64,000 nucleotides of DNA. Source: Podarcis tiliguerta (taxonomy: Eukaryota). This document shows, piece after piece, positions 24,587 to 36,872 of this stretch. The notes below the pieces were generated by a model. The model worked only from the letters and a program-made list of their open reading frames with translations, was not told where the DNA came from and did no database searches. Made by a program: the position numbers and the translations under genes. The stretch lies in assembly GCA_965153285.1 (NCBI GenBank), contig OZ229110.1; one strand, given 5' to 3'. How positions within the stretch are numbered: the stretch's first letter is position 1; every line of letters starts with the position of its first letter.

Positions 24587-24930
24587 CCAACCATTTTCAG
24601 CCTGGAAGGGTCATCTTCCAATCTGGGCGACTTTCTGGGAGCCACAGAAACATGTTGGTGGTGGCCAGAGGCAAAACTGGGTAGAGGAACCAATGCAAAT
24701 ATTTCCTTTGCACCACAGGCTAGTTTCTACACATATCCATGCACCCTTCTCTATCCTCCATGCAGTATCAGAGTTTAAGGATACATTATCGCCAGACAAA
24801 AACCCTGGAAAAGGATGTGATGCAAGGTGAGAGAGGATGGACCTGAAGAAGTTTGTGGCTGGGGAAGGTCTGTGGTGTGGGCAGACTCATGGAGAGCGCT
24901 TTGGGCCGCTGGACCTGAGGTTTCCCCTGC
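24587..24930. mobile_element. Degraded hAT-like DNA transposon
   Basis: Starts CAGGCTGACCAACC...; ends GGGCCGCTGGACCTGAGGTTTCCCCTG, resembling the short hAT MITE termini seen elsewhere. Boundaries approximate. Confidence 0.4.
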
Positions 24931-25958
24931 GATATTTGATAACACGAGGCTAACTTTTTCAGCACCAGGCTGAAATGTGCTAGTCAAACAGCCCAAAGAT
25001 TGATATGTTTATCCCTTGGAATTGTGGAATTTGCAAACATAAAGAATTTGAAACAAATTATTAGAATGTGATCCTGCCCCCCTCCGGGCGCCTTGAAATC
25101 AACAATTCATTCATAACCTTCACTGTTCATGGCAGTAATCATGCATTCCTAGTATTATTATATTTTTATGGAACTCTTAATTGTCATTAGTATCACTGCG
25201 AAGTTAAACCAACTTTTACAGATGAGACCTGCCTTTCCGATAGCAGCTGTGACATATATCTCACCAAAGGAACTTTTTGTGAAATCATTGCAAAATGAAC
25301 CTCTTTGGCTGTATTTTTTTTTAAAAAAACAGACAAAGGGAGAGAACAGTCAGCCTGAGATTTACACCTGATTTGTGTTATAGTAATCTTTGAAATTAAG
25401 AAGTGTATCCTTGCATTTCATTAAATTCCAGCTAATGAGATAACTGTCTTTTCCAAGGAGGGAGTGATGAAGTACTCATGCCATAAAGCATAAATTAATG
25501 CTGCAAGGTTAAACACTGGAACTAACTCATGTTTCAACAAAGGCCCCTACCAGCAGTTAAATTAACTGACATAAATACCATAAAATCTGTCTTTATTTTA
25601 GTCTCAGATGATGCTTCTTTTTACACCCCTGCTTTCAGTTTGTATAACTCATTTTTGCACATTACTGCATGCACCATTTGCCATTTAAAGAATCAGCTAC
25701 AACTGGGGGGAAATTGAGGAATCAAGTGTTCAGGGAGGGGGAACCAACGGGTATAAGGGATACCTTTTCCAATACTCGTAACAGCACTGGCATTCTTCTT
25801 CTTCTTCTTTTAATGCAACAGTAGACATGTGCAGTTCAAAGAAAAGGACAATTATGAGAAAGCCAAACCCAAGAAGTCTACTTTTTCAGGGATTTTGATA
25901 GACATCTTGGAAAAAAAATGATACAGAAAACCTGTGGTGATAATAGGTTTGATATATA

Positions 25959-26448
25959 NNNNNNNNNNNNNNNNNNNNNNNNNNNNNNNNNNNNNNNNNN
26001 NNNNNNNNNNNNNNNNNNNNNNNNNNNNNNNNNNNNNNNNNNNNNNNNNNNNNNNNNNNNNNNNNNNNNNNNNNNNNNNNNNNNNNNNNNNNNNNNNNNN
26101 NNNNNNNNNNNNNNNNNNNNNNNNNNNNNNNNNNNNNNNNNNNNNNNNNNNNNNNNNNNNNNNNNNNNNNNNNNNNNNNNNNNNNNNNNNNNNNNNNNNN
26201 NNNNNNNNNNTCAAATGGTTGACAGCTTTCTGCCTCTCGTTTTTTTTTAATGGACTGGGTCTTTATTTCTTGTTCTAAGCAACCAAACATACGCTTGTGT
26301 GCGATTTTGGTATTTCNNNNNNNNNNNNNNNNNNNNNNNNNNNNNNNNNNNNNNNNNNNNNNNNNNNNNNNNNNNNNNNNNNNNNNNNNNNNNNNNNNNN
26401 NNNNNNNNNNNNNNNNNNNNNNNNNNNNNNNNNNNNNNNNNNNNNNNN
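25959..26448. other. N-masked cluster C (25959-26210, 26317-26448); candidate conserved non-coding element(s)
   Basis: N-runs of 252 and 132 bp. Flanks contain TGACAG motifs (~26220, ~26482) and no TE from about 25000 to 27300. Confidence 0.55.
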
Positions 26449-27309
26449 TCCAAAGTCTGAGGCATGTCAGCAGACACCATATGACAGCAATTTAATGAAG
26501 TTAAAAACTGCCCTGATTCAGATCGCTGGAGTAGCATCTGTGTTGTATAGCTTTTGATTCCTGTTAGTCTATTTAAATCACGCATACACACACACACACA
26601 TCCATGAACTGAGTGTTCACGGTGAAGGATAACAGAAAGGTGAAGGATACAGAAAGGAGAGCTTATTAATGGAAATATTTTATGAGCTCTATTTCTGCGC
26701 CTCCTAATATCCAATACCACAGAGGGAATTGAAACTGTGGTACCCTTCTTCAGATAATTTACTTTAAATGGAAAGCATTATCTATGTGAAATCTGGCAAA
26801 CGGATGGCTAAATATTTGGTTCATTTCCCATTTTCATATATGCATATATATATGACTCCTTTGTAATATTTTGGGATTGGGATCTTTGGCAGCTCCTGAT
26901 ATATATATAGATAGATAGAAAGATAGTCATTTTCTTTCTTTTATCGCAAGCATATTGCAACCAGATTCAGGGTTGGTGTCATCCTGAGTGGAAATCATTA
27001 TTACCTAAAAATAGTACTTTCACAAAGAGAGGGTTTGACCCAGAAAGCCATGAAGGAAAATCACTTTAGAGAACGAAGTGCTATCTAGTTGTTGTGCCCC
27101 CCCCCTTCCCTGTCCCCCTGCCTTGTACCAAAAGATTCTGCATTTCTGCAAAAAGAAGGCTTCATGGTTGGAACATTCATCTCTGTTAAAGATACCATGT
27201 AGAAGCTGAAAAGATTTAGGGCAACACTCACGTGAACTTTTAAAATTCGTTCATTCTTCTATACCTGTTACAATAGTGCTAAGCAACTAATTCAGATTAC
27301 TTAAATGTC

Positions 27310-27880
27310 CTCTACGTGAAGCTGCCCTTAAAGATAGTCTGAAGAGTGCAAAATATAGAATGTAGCAGCTAGAATTTCACAACGCGCTTGTTTCTCAACA
27401 CTTACTTGGCTGCCTATTTGTTTTCCTTTTAAGGTGCTGGTATCAAGCTGTGATCGGGATGCGGGTGGCACTATGGTCTAAACCACAGAGCCTAGGGCTT
27501 GCCGATCAGAAGGTCAGCAGTTTGAATCCCCGCAATGGGGTGAGCTCCCGTTGCTCGGTCCCAGCTCCTGCCAACCTAGCAGTTTGAAAGCACATCAAAG
27601 TACAAGTAGATAAATAGGTACCACTCCGGCGGGAAGGTAAACGGCGTTTCTGTGTGCTGCTCTGGTTTCGCCAGAAGCAGCTTAGTCATGCTGGCCACAT
27701 GACCCGGAAAAACTGTCTGCAGACAAACATTGGCTCCCTCAGCCAGTAAAGCGAGATGAGCGCTGCAACCCCAGAGTTGTTCGCAACTGGACTTAACTGT
27801 CGGGGTCCTTTACCTTTTTTATCAAGCTGTGAAGTTTAGGAATGGGCTACCTGAAGGACTGCCTACATCTATTGACATCC
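27310..27880 (+). mobile_element. Old degraded L2 fragment split by a Sauria SINE
   Basis: CTCTACGTGAAGCTGCCCTTAAAGATAGTC (LY.LPLK.V), TGGCTGCCT (WLP), TTTAAGGTGCTGG (FKVL), TACCTGAAGGACTGCCT (YLKD.L). Confidence 0.55.
27456..27819 (+). mobile_element. Full-length Sauria SINE (subfamily B)
   Basis: GGGATGCGGGTGGCACT head, ACCTTT tail. TSD TATCAAGCTGTGA at 27441-27453 and 27820-27832. Confidence 0.93.
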
Positions 27881-27891
27881 AAGCCCCTTGT

Positions 27892-28080
27892 CTCAGAATA
27901 GTAGAGTTGGAAGGGATCCTGAGGATAATCTAGTCCAAATCCCTGCAATACAGGAATCTGAACATGACAGATGGCCATACAAACTTCATTTAAAACCCTC
28001 TAAGGAAGGAGAGTCCACCAGCACCTCTGGTGGGAATCTGTTCCACTGTCGAAAAGCATTTAGTGTCAGAAAGTTCCTCC
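27892..28080 (-). mobile_element. CR1 LINE 3' fragment
   Basis: CAGAATAGTAGAGTTGGAAGGGATCC...TGTCAGAAAGTTCCTCC is the reverse complement of the CR1 3' region at 47900-48100. Confidence 0.8.
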
Positions 28081-28274
28081 AGAGTCAGAATCTCTGTTCT
28101 AGCTGAACCATACACTCATGTGTTATTCACGAGTAATGTCCAATGAGTGTACAGTTTGTTTAGCCGTGTATACAGTGCATACAGTAGTTGAGCTGTACAA
28201 ATCAACAAGTGATTCACACAAACACTCAGACATGTGTAGAGGCAGCTTGTACCCATTATTTTCTGCATAATGTC

Positions 28275-28375
28275 GCCGGCTCCCTCGGCCAGTAAAGCGA
28301 GATGAGCGCCACAACCCCAGAGTCGTCCGTGACTGGACCTAGTGGTCAGGGGTCCCTTTACCCTTTACTTTTACC
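28275..28375 (+). mobile_element. 5'-truncated Sauria SINE (subfamily B)
   Basis: GCCGGCTCCCTCGGCCAGTAAAGCGAGATGAGCGCC...GGGGTCCCTTTACCCTTTAC. Confidence 0.9.
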
Positions 28376-29397
28376 CAGAGCATCCACAAAGACTTTTTAA
28401 TTATTGTTTTTAATGGTTTTCTTTTTCAGATAATTTAATGGTGCTATGATTTAACAAACATTTTCATCTGCTTCTGCTATATTTTAATGGTATGTATGCA
28501 TGTTAATGTTAACATTGCTTATTTATTAAATCTTTTATATTGCCTTTCTGCAAAGACATCTAAGGTGATTTGCACCTTAAAATATTAACACATACAAACA
28601 GTACAAAATAGTCTCAGGCTCACTTTGGGAGCACGGTGGAACGTTGGTTCCCTAGCCTGAGTGTCTCTACTTCCACTTCAAAGGATACATGGATGCAGAA
28701 GAATTAAGTTACAATGTGGATTTGTTTTGTTTTCTTGCATACATACATAGTGTTTACATCATACTTTGAATTAAAATACACTATTCTGAGCTTTTCTAGA
28801 GTTAATTGTCACCCTTAATAACATATGCATGCCGCAGTTGCGAGCAGATCTGAGAACAAAGGATGCAATGCCGTTACCCAAAGGGGCGACAGATGTAAAA
28901 AGAACTGCTGGATACTTTTGGTTATCTGCTTGAAGCACAAGATAGAAGACTGCCAACTGGGAACATAACATACCTTGTGTCAGGACAGCATGTCACTGGC
29001 TATAAGATATCAATAACACTCATCCAAGTAACTTCCAAGTGTATTTCATCAGTATAATGTGATATCATTGCCCGTGATAAAAATTATGGTCTTCTTAAAC
29101 CATGACCTCATACTAGAGGTAGCAATCTGAAACTTCCTCTAGTAATTAATCAGGTTCATAGTAATATGGCAGAAACCTGGCAACAAACTGCGCTGGGTCT
29201 GAAAACCTTGCCACTGCATTATATACATTCATACGACAACTTCACACCAGCTAGGTTAAAAAAATAAAATAAACGAACTGGCTTACTATAAATACAAACA
29301 AAGCCTGCTGTGTTTGCTGTGCAATATTTCAGCTAAATGAACAGCAAGGAAAGGTGTCATCCCATCACACTTTCAACACCTGACTGTTTGTAGGGTT

Positions 29398-29658
29398 GAC
29401 AGGTTGGAGAGCAGGTGTTGGAACCACTAGCCCTCCAGACGTTTGTTAACTATGACTCCCCTCAGCCCCAGCTCATATGGCCAATGGCTGAGGATGATGG
29501 GAAGCCAGAACTGACACCTGTAGGTTTTGGGCCCTCCAAATGTTGTTGGACTCCACATCCCATCAGTCTCATCAGTCCTAGCCGGTGTTGTCAAAAGTTA
29601 GGAATGATGGGAATTGCGGCCCAGCAACATACGGAGGGCTGTAGGTTCCCCAGCCCTG
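29398..29658. mobile_element. Two adjacent short hAT-like MITE copies
   Basis: GCCCTCCAGACGTTTG and GGCCCTCCAAATGTTGTTGGACT cores; ends GTAGGTTCCCCAGCCCTG. Confidence 0.6.
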
Positions 29659-29711
29659 GTTAAAACTAAGGCACAAGCAGGATAGAGCATGACGGGGTGA
29701 ACTAGGAAGTA

Positions 29712-29955
29712 CAGTCATACCTCGGGATAAATGTGCTTCAAGTTAAGTATTTTTGGGTTGTGCTCTGCAGCAACCCGGAAGTAACGGAGTGTGTTACTTC
29801 TGGGTTTTGCCACACGCGCATGCACAGATGGTCAAAATGACGTCACGTGCATGCGCGGAAGCGGCAAAACACGACCCGCGCACATGGGTTGCGTTCGCTT
29901 CAGGATGTGAACGGGGCTCCGGAACGGATCCCATTCGCAACCCAAGGAACCACTG
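29712..29955. mobile_element. Tc1/mariner (pogo/Tigger-like) MITE
   Basis: TA|CAGTCATACCTCGGG ... CCCAAGGAACCACTG|TA: TA TSD, CAGT termini, CpG-rich internally palindromic core. Confidence 0.8.
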
Positions 29956-30051
29956 TACCAGAAAGCAAGTACAAGGGAATAGTCTGGAATCACAAAGGGC
30001 CTTCCAATAGCAACACAGTGGTCAAGCTAAAGAACTGTGGCAAGTTTTGGC

Positions 30052-30204
30052 CAGAGGCGGAGCGGCGTACATGCTGAGCACCCGGGGGTGGGACGAGTGT
30101 CCCACGGGGGCGCTGCCCACTGCAAGAGTCCTAGGGGGTGGGGCAGCGATAGGGATGACACATGGGGCTGACCGCACCCCCTGCACCCCCTTCCTCCGCC
30201 AGTG
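30052..30204. mobile_element. hAT-like MITE (same ends as 2114-2295)
   Basis: CAGAGGCGGAGC ... CCTTCCTCCGCCAGTG; flanking 8-mers GTTTTGGC/GTTTTGAA (6/8). Confidence 0.75.
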
Positions 30205-30805
30205 GTTTTGAAACTATTTAGCAAACAATGGCACAGGATCACTGAATCTAAAGATAAAGAGGATTCTGCTCTGTAGAATCTGTATCCTGGCTCAAATTGT
30301 CTGCAGATAAAAGAGGCCTACTTGCAGAATTATTAGGGAGCCTGAATATTATTTCTGTTCATATATTATATTAAAAACAACTCCACCAGTACCTTTGAAC
30401 TGCATTCTGGGTTACACCATTTACTCATTTGTTTTCCAGGCTGCTGAATGTGAACGGTCATGGATGCAGCATGAAACAGCTCTGCTGGATTTTAAAAATA
30501 AAAGCAGATTCTCTTTTGTAATCTACCAAGCCTTGGCAGAAAGCTGGTATATAAATGAAATAAGTAACAATGGAAAGAATTCAACATTGTAGTACAGCGT
30601 TCCATCAGCACAAACACTTCTGCTTCCCTCTTCACCCCATTTTCTGTCCTGGGGATTCTCCCAGCCCCCCAAGAGCTGGTTTAGGAGGTTCAGGAGGGGA
30701 GAGAGGGGGAAAGCCATGTTGCACTAGCAGGAGCCCTTGCGCTGGCTTCCACTCGCAGAACAACTTAGTTCAATCTGGCCCAGTAATCATAACTCAGCCA
30801 TATAT

Positions 30806-30960
30806 GGGCTGGATCTACACACAGCAAAGCAGCGTTTTAGTTAAACGCATTGTAAACTTTGTGTGAGAAATCGGGTTGGCAAAAACGTAACTCCACAGCG
30901 CCATCTGGTGTCACAGTGTTGTGATGCGTACACAACACATAAAAAAACACTTTAGCTACC
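30806..30960. mobile_element. Degenerate MITE copy carrying a CTCF-like motif (30896-30911)
   Basis: GGGCTGGATCTACACAC start; CAGCGCCATCTGGTGT core shared with 19121-19136. Confidence 0.55.
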
Positions 30961-32344
30961 AGCACAGGATTGCAAAAACCTGGACATTGTCAACTTAGTA
31001 GGCCACAATGTTTGACCGATGGTTTGCATTCAGCTTGGTGGGCCACACTGTGCAAGTCTTGTTCTGTGGGATGCAACACATTTTATGCCACAGCCAGGCC
31101 GCCCGATGGATGGCTTAATCAGCACCCGGCAGATTTCCAGCTTCCCCTGCCCATAGCCATCCCTTTTATTTCAGAAGACACTGCTCTTATTTAGCAAGTG
31201 CCAAAAGGCAAGACGTACTAACATTTTTGCAGACATTTCTTAGTTACACTAAAGGATCGACTCTTCTGTACTCCCGCGGAATATTAAAAGCCAGCACTGT
31301 TTAAAGCTGCAGGGGAAAGTAATTAGGTGCAACAGAAACTGTGGCTTTCCCGCAAAGACATAAAAATACACAGTGCAGATAAATGTATCTCCATCAATGA
31401 ATAATGTTACTGGATGCTATCTGCGTGGTTGCTGGTTTTATTTATTATTTATTTATTAACTGCATTTATATAGCTGCCCCAGAACAGAAGTTATTTGATA
31501 GCTTGCAAAACCAAAACAAAAAAGTACTGTGTGAAACAATAGGAGATATAGCAAGTTAATTAAAAAGCTGAAATGTAATTAAAGCAGAATTTTGAACTGA
31601 AAGGCTCAAAATGATGCTTATGCCTGTCTCTCATTTTGTCATTTATTTACAAGGTTTAAATAGATTTAACCCATGAATGATTGTCAGTGCCTCTGGTTCT
31701 TTATCAGTTACTAATCAATGTATAATTCTTAATCAATTCTGGAGCAATGCTGTAATGCTGCTCATTGCTATTTTGTCTCTTCATTGATAGCTTAGTCACA
31801 TGTGTTGCAAAGCAGGCGTACCACTCGTGTCACAGAAAATAAAATATATCACATTCCCAAAACTGATTCTAGATGCTTTCCTATGCATTTTGGTGGAAGG
31901 TTGTTGGGCACGATATCAACAAAGTGATCAGACTGAGCATGAAAATCAGGTTACATTTCATCCTTTGACGATGTTATATTCATTGCTCTGTCACACTCCT
32001 AGATCCTCAGTGTGGTATCACCAAAGTGAACACATCCTGGCAGGTCTAGTAATGATGATACATTCATAATTTTCATCTGACATTGCTGTGCATATTCTGT
32101 GTGCAGCTAGGTGATCTTGTTACTTCAGTGTTAAGATTAAATTATTCTGCACTCATCTGCTTTGAAGGTTGTAGAATGCTCATGTTTATATTATTTGTTA
32201 TTAAGAGGACATTCAAGGATATTCTGCATCAAATTCTGTGCAAATCATTCTTGTATATAGGTTTCCACAGCTTTTCCTTAATCCATTTCAGGGATGATGC
32301 CAAGACGGAGCAACAAAACTATCACACTGCTACATTCCAAAGGA

Positions 32345-33609
32345 GTTGTTGTTTAGTCGTTTAGTCGTGTCTGACTCTTCGTGACCCCATGGACCAGACC
32401 ATGCCAGGCACTCCTGTCTTCCGCTGCCTCCCGCAGTTTGGTCAGACTCATGTTTGTAGCTTTGAGAACACTGACTAACCATCTTGTCCCCTGTCATCCC
32501 CTTCTCCTTGTGCTCTCAATCTTTCCCAACATCAGGGTCTTTTCCAGGGAGTCTTCTCTTCTCATGAGGTGGCCAGAGTATTGGAGTCTCAGCTTCAGGA
32601 TCTGTCCTTCCAGTGAGCACTCAGAGTTGATTTCCTTCAGAATGGAGAGGTGTGATCTTCTTGCACTCTATGGGGCTCTCAAGAGTCTCCTCCAGCACCA
32701 TAATTCAAAAGCATCAATTCTTCAGCAATCAGCCTTCTTTATGGTCCAGCTCTCACTTCCATACATCACTACTGGGAAAACCATAGCTGTAACTATACGG
32801 ACCTTTGTTGGCAAGGTAATGTCTCTGCTTTTTAAGATGCTGTCTAGGTTTGTCATTGCTTTTCTCCCAAGAAGCAGGCGTCTTTTAATTTCATGACTGC
32901 TGTTACCATCTGCAGTGATCATGGAACCCAAGAAAGTAAAATCTCTCACTGCCTCCATTTCTTCCCCTTCTATTTGCCAGGAGGTCATGGGACCAGTGGC
33001 CATGATCTTAGTTTTTTTGATGTTGAGCTTCAGACCATATTTTGCACTCTTCTCTTTCACCCTCATTAAAAGGTTCTTTTGTTCCTCCTCACTTTCTGCC
33101 ATCAAGGTTGTGTCATCTGCATATCTGAGGTTGTTGATATTTCTTCCGGCAATCTTAATTCCGGCTAGGGATTCATCCAGCCCAGCCTTTCGCATGATGA
33201 ATTCTGCATGTAAGTTAAATAAGCAGGGAGACAATATACAGCCTTGTCATACTCCTTTCCCAGTTTTGAACCAATCAGTTATTCCATATCCAGTTCTAAC
33301 TGTAGCTTCTTGTCCCATATAGAGAATTCTCAGTAGACAAATGAAGGTGATCAGGCACTCCCATTTCTTTAAGAACTTGCCATAATTTGCTGTGGTCAAC
33401 ACAGTCAAATGCTTTTGCGTAGTGAATGAAGCAGAAGTAGATATTTTTCTGGAACTCTAGCTTTTTCCATAATCCAGCGCATGTTTGCAATTTGGTCTCT
33501 GGTTCCTCTGTCCCTTCGAAATCCAGCTTACACTTCTGAGAGTTCTTGATCCACATACTGCTTGAGCCTTCCTTGTAGAATTTTAAGCACACCTTGCTAG
33601 CGTGTGAAA
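32345..33609 (-). mobile_element. 5'-truncated BovB (RTE-clade) LINE, disrupted RT fragment
   Basis: ORF 32722-33234 IAGRNINNLRYADDTTLMAESEEE...GLKLNIKKTKIM (RT YADD motif), upstream AKAFDCVDH. 3' end GGGGTCACGAAGAGTCAGACACGACT plus (AAC)n-like tail. Frameshifted. Confidence 0.95.
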
Positions 33610-34075
33610 CTCCAAAAGCAGAAAAGGACACTACCAACTTTTCCCTTGCTGATGTCAGCTTCCTGGGTGCGCTGTCTGAGAAAGTTTCAAAATTTGAAAT
33701 AGCTTTGAAATTCATTACACACCTGCACACACTTACTTCTGAGTATATAGGATTGCACTTTAAGCATCCATAAACATATAGATAAGGAGCCTATAGCAGA
33801 ACTATGGGGATAAAGTCTAGTATAAACTCAACCCTTTTGTTTCCCATCAATTCATTGATTAGCCTGTTTCTTTTAAAACAGTTATATGCCACCTTCTATT
33901 CAGAGTATTTCAAGGCAGCTCACAGGAAGACTATAAAATAACTGGGGGGAAACAACACTGACATGAATGTATTAAAACAACAGTGTAACAACATCTACAG
34001 CAACCAGTGTTTATTAACAGCACAGATTTAGTGTCTAGAAAACACTTGGGCAAACCAGTTCTTCTCATCAGTTAT

Positions 34076-34254
34076 GGAAGAAAGGCTGTAGCTCAGCAGT
34101 AGAGCACATGCTTTGCATGCAGAAGGTTCCAGGTTCCACATCTTCAGGTAGAGCTGGGAGCATTCCCTGTCTGAGACCATGTCAGTCAGTGCGGACAATA
34201 CTGAGTTAGATGGACCAATCATCTGACGCAATAGAAGGCAGCTTCTTGTGTTCT
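34076..34254 (+). mobile_element. tRNA-derived SINE with CR1-like 3' end
   Basis: GCTGTAGCTCAGCAGTAGAGCACATGCTTTGCATGCAGAAGGTTCCAGGTTC head; tail GACAATACTGAGTTAGATGGACCAATC...AAGGCAGCTTC. Confidence 0.8.
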
Positions 34255-34646
34255 GTAGACACCAGCCTGCACAAGGATGAGCACAGTCTGAAGGCAGATG
34301 TTAATAAAGTGGGATTGATATAGGTATGGATTTTGTATCCCATCTTTCCATCATAAAATTCAAGGTGATGTCCATGGAAGTTCCATTCTTTTTTCATTTA
34401 AAGGACTGGGATGTGCTCACTGTGGGCTCCGGGGAATTTGCCGGAGAAAGGCAAAGGGTTTCCATGTGTATCCCTCAGTTTGCATTCTGCCATGGTGACC
34501 AAAGTTATGTTAGATACCACCCCAATGATAACAACTCAAACTCCAGGCCAAAGATCCCTACTGTAAACTCGCAAGGCATCATAGCTACACAATGGGCTAT
34601 TGCCTGGTTTTTCTAACTTTAACCAAACCATTATTTACAGTCTGCA

Positions 34647-34888
34647 CAGTGGTACCTCAGGTTAAGAACTTAATTCATTCTGGAGGTCCATTCTTAACCT
34701 GAAACTGTTCTTAACCTGAGGTACCACTTTAGCTAATGGGGCCTCCCGCTGCTGCTGCGCCACCACCGCGCGATTTCTGTTTTCATCCTGAAGCAAAGTT
34801 CTTAACCCGAGGTACTATTTCAGGGTTAGTGGAGTCTGTAACCTGAAGCATCTGTAACCTGAAGTGTCTGTAACCCGAGGCACCACTG
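34647..34888. mobile_element. Tc1/mariner (Tigger-like) MITE
   Basis: TIRs CAGTGGTACCTCAGGTTA / TAACCCGAGGCACCACTG (16/18), followed by TA; internal TAACCTGA repeats. Confidence 0.88.
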
Positions 34889-36519
34889 TATCCCCCTTTA
34901 ACTTGGCAGAGGATTCATAATCCTCTTGAATTCCACCCAGAAAGGACTGTAGGCCTGGAAAGTCAGCAAGGAACCCTGCTGGACTTTTCCCTTCTCCAGT
35001 GGGTTCATTGAACCAATGCAGAAGTGGTTCAAGGGCAGGGCAGCACAGGCAGGGCAGCACTGTTGACCAGGCATCTCAACAGGACAGAACAGTGCTGCTT
35101 ACAGAGAGGGGAAGGGGCAAGGCCGCAGGGAACTCAGGCAGTGTGGGCATGACGCCAGAGCAATCTATCATTTCTGCCACAGTGTGTGCACACTGCCTTG
35201 CCCTCCCCCATCAGCGATGGCAAGAAGCTGCCCCATCTGCACCACAGGCTGCCACTGGACCCAAGAGTACTAAGTGGGCAGGAATAACTAACATATCCTT
35301 GACTATGTAGCTAAACACTGTTTGACAGAACCCCTTCTTTAAGTTATTAATATTTCTGATCCAGTTATTATTAGCCAACAACTGGTTTCATTGCAAGGAG
35401 ATGAAATATGTGATATAAATATTGACAGCAATAAGTTAGAATATTTTGGGACTAATGTCCATCAGCATTTTTTGATCACTTCTCTTGTCTATAATTGCCA
35501 TCATTGTGCCTGCCAAATTGTGGATACTTTTAGGAAACGAATGCCCTCAAATAGACAATTCTTCACAATATAAACGCATCTATCATTTGAAACGTATTAA
35601 TTATTTCCAGATGGGTGGAATATGTTTGGCATCGCATATTTTTCAAGCTAAAACTAAGCAAATATCAGCATTGTAGTTCTCTCAGACTGCTCACTTCCCA
35701 AAAGCACTTGTAATTGTTTTTCCCTCTGCGAACGGCCTATGAAGCCCTGCACCTTCTCTTTCCCTCAGAAACATTGGCTCAGTGAATGCTGGAGAAGCTT
35801 CCTTTTAGATTTTAAGGGAAATTCTAGAGGCACTGGTAGGAGTTTATGGTTGTGAAAACAAAACATTTATTGTGTAGATAAGTAATAAAAAATAGTTATA
35901 AAGAACAATTCAAGAGCTTTGTAGGACTTCTCTGCTATGGAGGTGAAATCCTTTCAAGGAAATTGTATAGAATTTTATATTTAGGAGTAGCTATAGAATT
36001 ACTGCGGAGGCAGGGTAATTACCTCAAGAGACTTGCTTCAGTGAACACATTTATGATGCTATTCCCTAAAATCTTGAAACATTCGATCAAGCAGAAACAC
36101 CAGGATTTTGGTTATACTTCAGTCAAAATCAAACATTTTTAGGTCATGTTCATTTCAGTTGCAAAGTCTTAAGCACAAGACTCTCCCGCTGAAATTATTG
36201 GGACTTAAAATATTGTGAATTTGGGCTGGTATCTTTCTACCTCATCTTCTGAGTTCTGAGTTCCATGAATGTGTTGTGGACCCAGGGCTTAAATAAGCTG
36301 AAGAGAGTAAATGGTTAGGGCTTTTCCCATCACCCTGATGAGTAAGCAGACAAAGAGGAGTGCTCATTCCACTGAAGTGAATGGGACACTACACAAGTGC
36401 AATAGCTCAATTGCAGTGCGGAAGCATTACTGAGTTACTGCACTTATTTTTCTTTGTACACAACAGCTACTGGAAGGTGGCAACGTAACTTCAAAGTTCT
36501 CAACCCATTTTTGGTCCCA

Positions 36520-36872
36520 GTATGGGCGGGAGATCCAAGACTGACAAAAAGAAATACTTCACACAGTGTATGGTTGAACTGTGGAATAGTCTGCAGCAAG
36601 AATTAGCAATAGTTGCTGACTTGGGTGGTTTTAAAGTGGATTGGCAAATTCATGGAAGATAAGGGTGTTGATGACTCCTCCTCCTGGTGGCTATATGCTA
36701 TGTCTAGTATCAAAGAACTTATGCCTCTGAATTCCAGCTGCTGGGGAATCACAAGAAGAGTGTTAGTGTACTCATGCACTGCTTGTGGGCCTGACTGAGG
36801 CACCAGGATAGGTTCTGTGGAAATAGAATGCTGCCCCAGAGAAGTCTTATATGTTTTTGGAAGGGCTTTTTT
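36520..36872 (+). mobile_element. Degraded CR1-type LINE 3' fragment
   Basis: AGACTGACAAAAAGAAATACTTCACACAG...CTGTGGAATAGTCTGC (TDKKKYFT...LWNSL) and AAATTCATGGAAGATAAG (KFMED). Confidence 0.7.

Noticed and set aside
29760-29945. CpG-rich cluster with TGACGTCA/CACGTG/CCGGAAG motifs as a host promoter
   Set aside because: It lies wholly inside a TA-flanked Tigger-like MITE, with no associated exon or TSS evidence.
34081-34140. tRNA gene (TGC anticodon-like loop)
   Set aside because: The T-arm and acceptor stem are incomplete and the sequence runs into a SINE body and tail. It is a SINE head, as are the tRNA-like heads of the Sauria and CORE SINEs.
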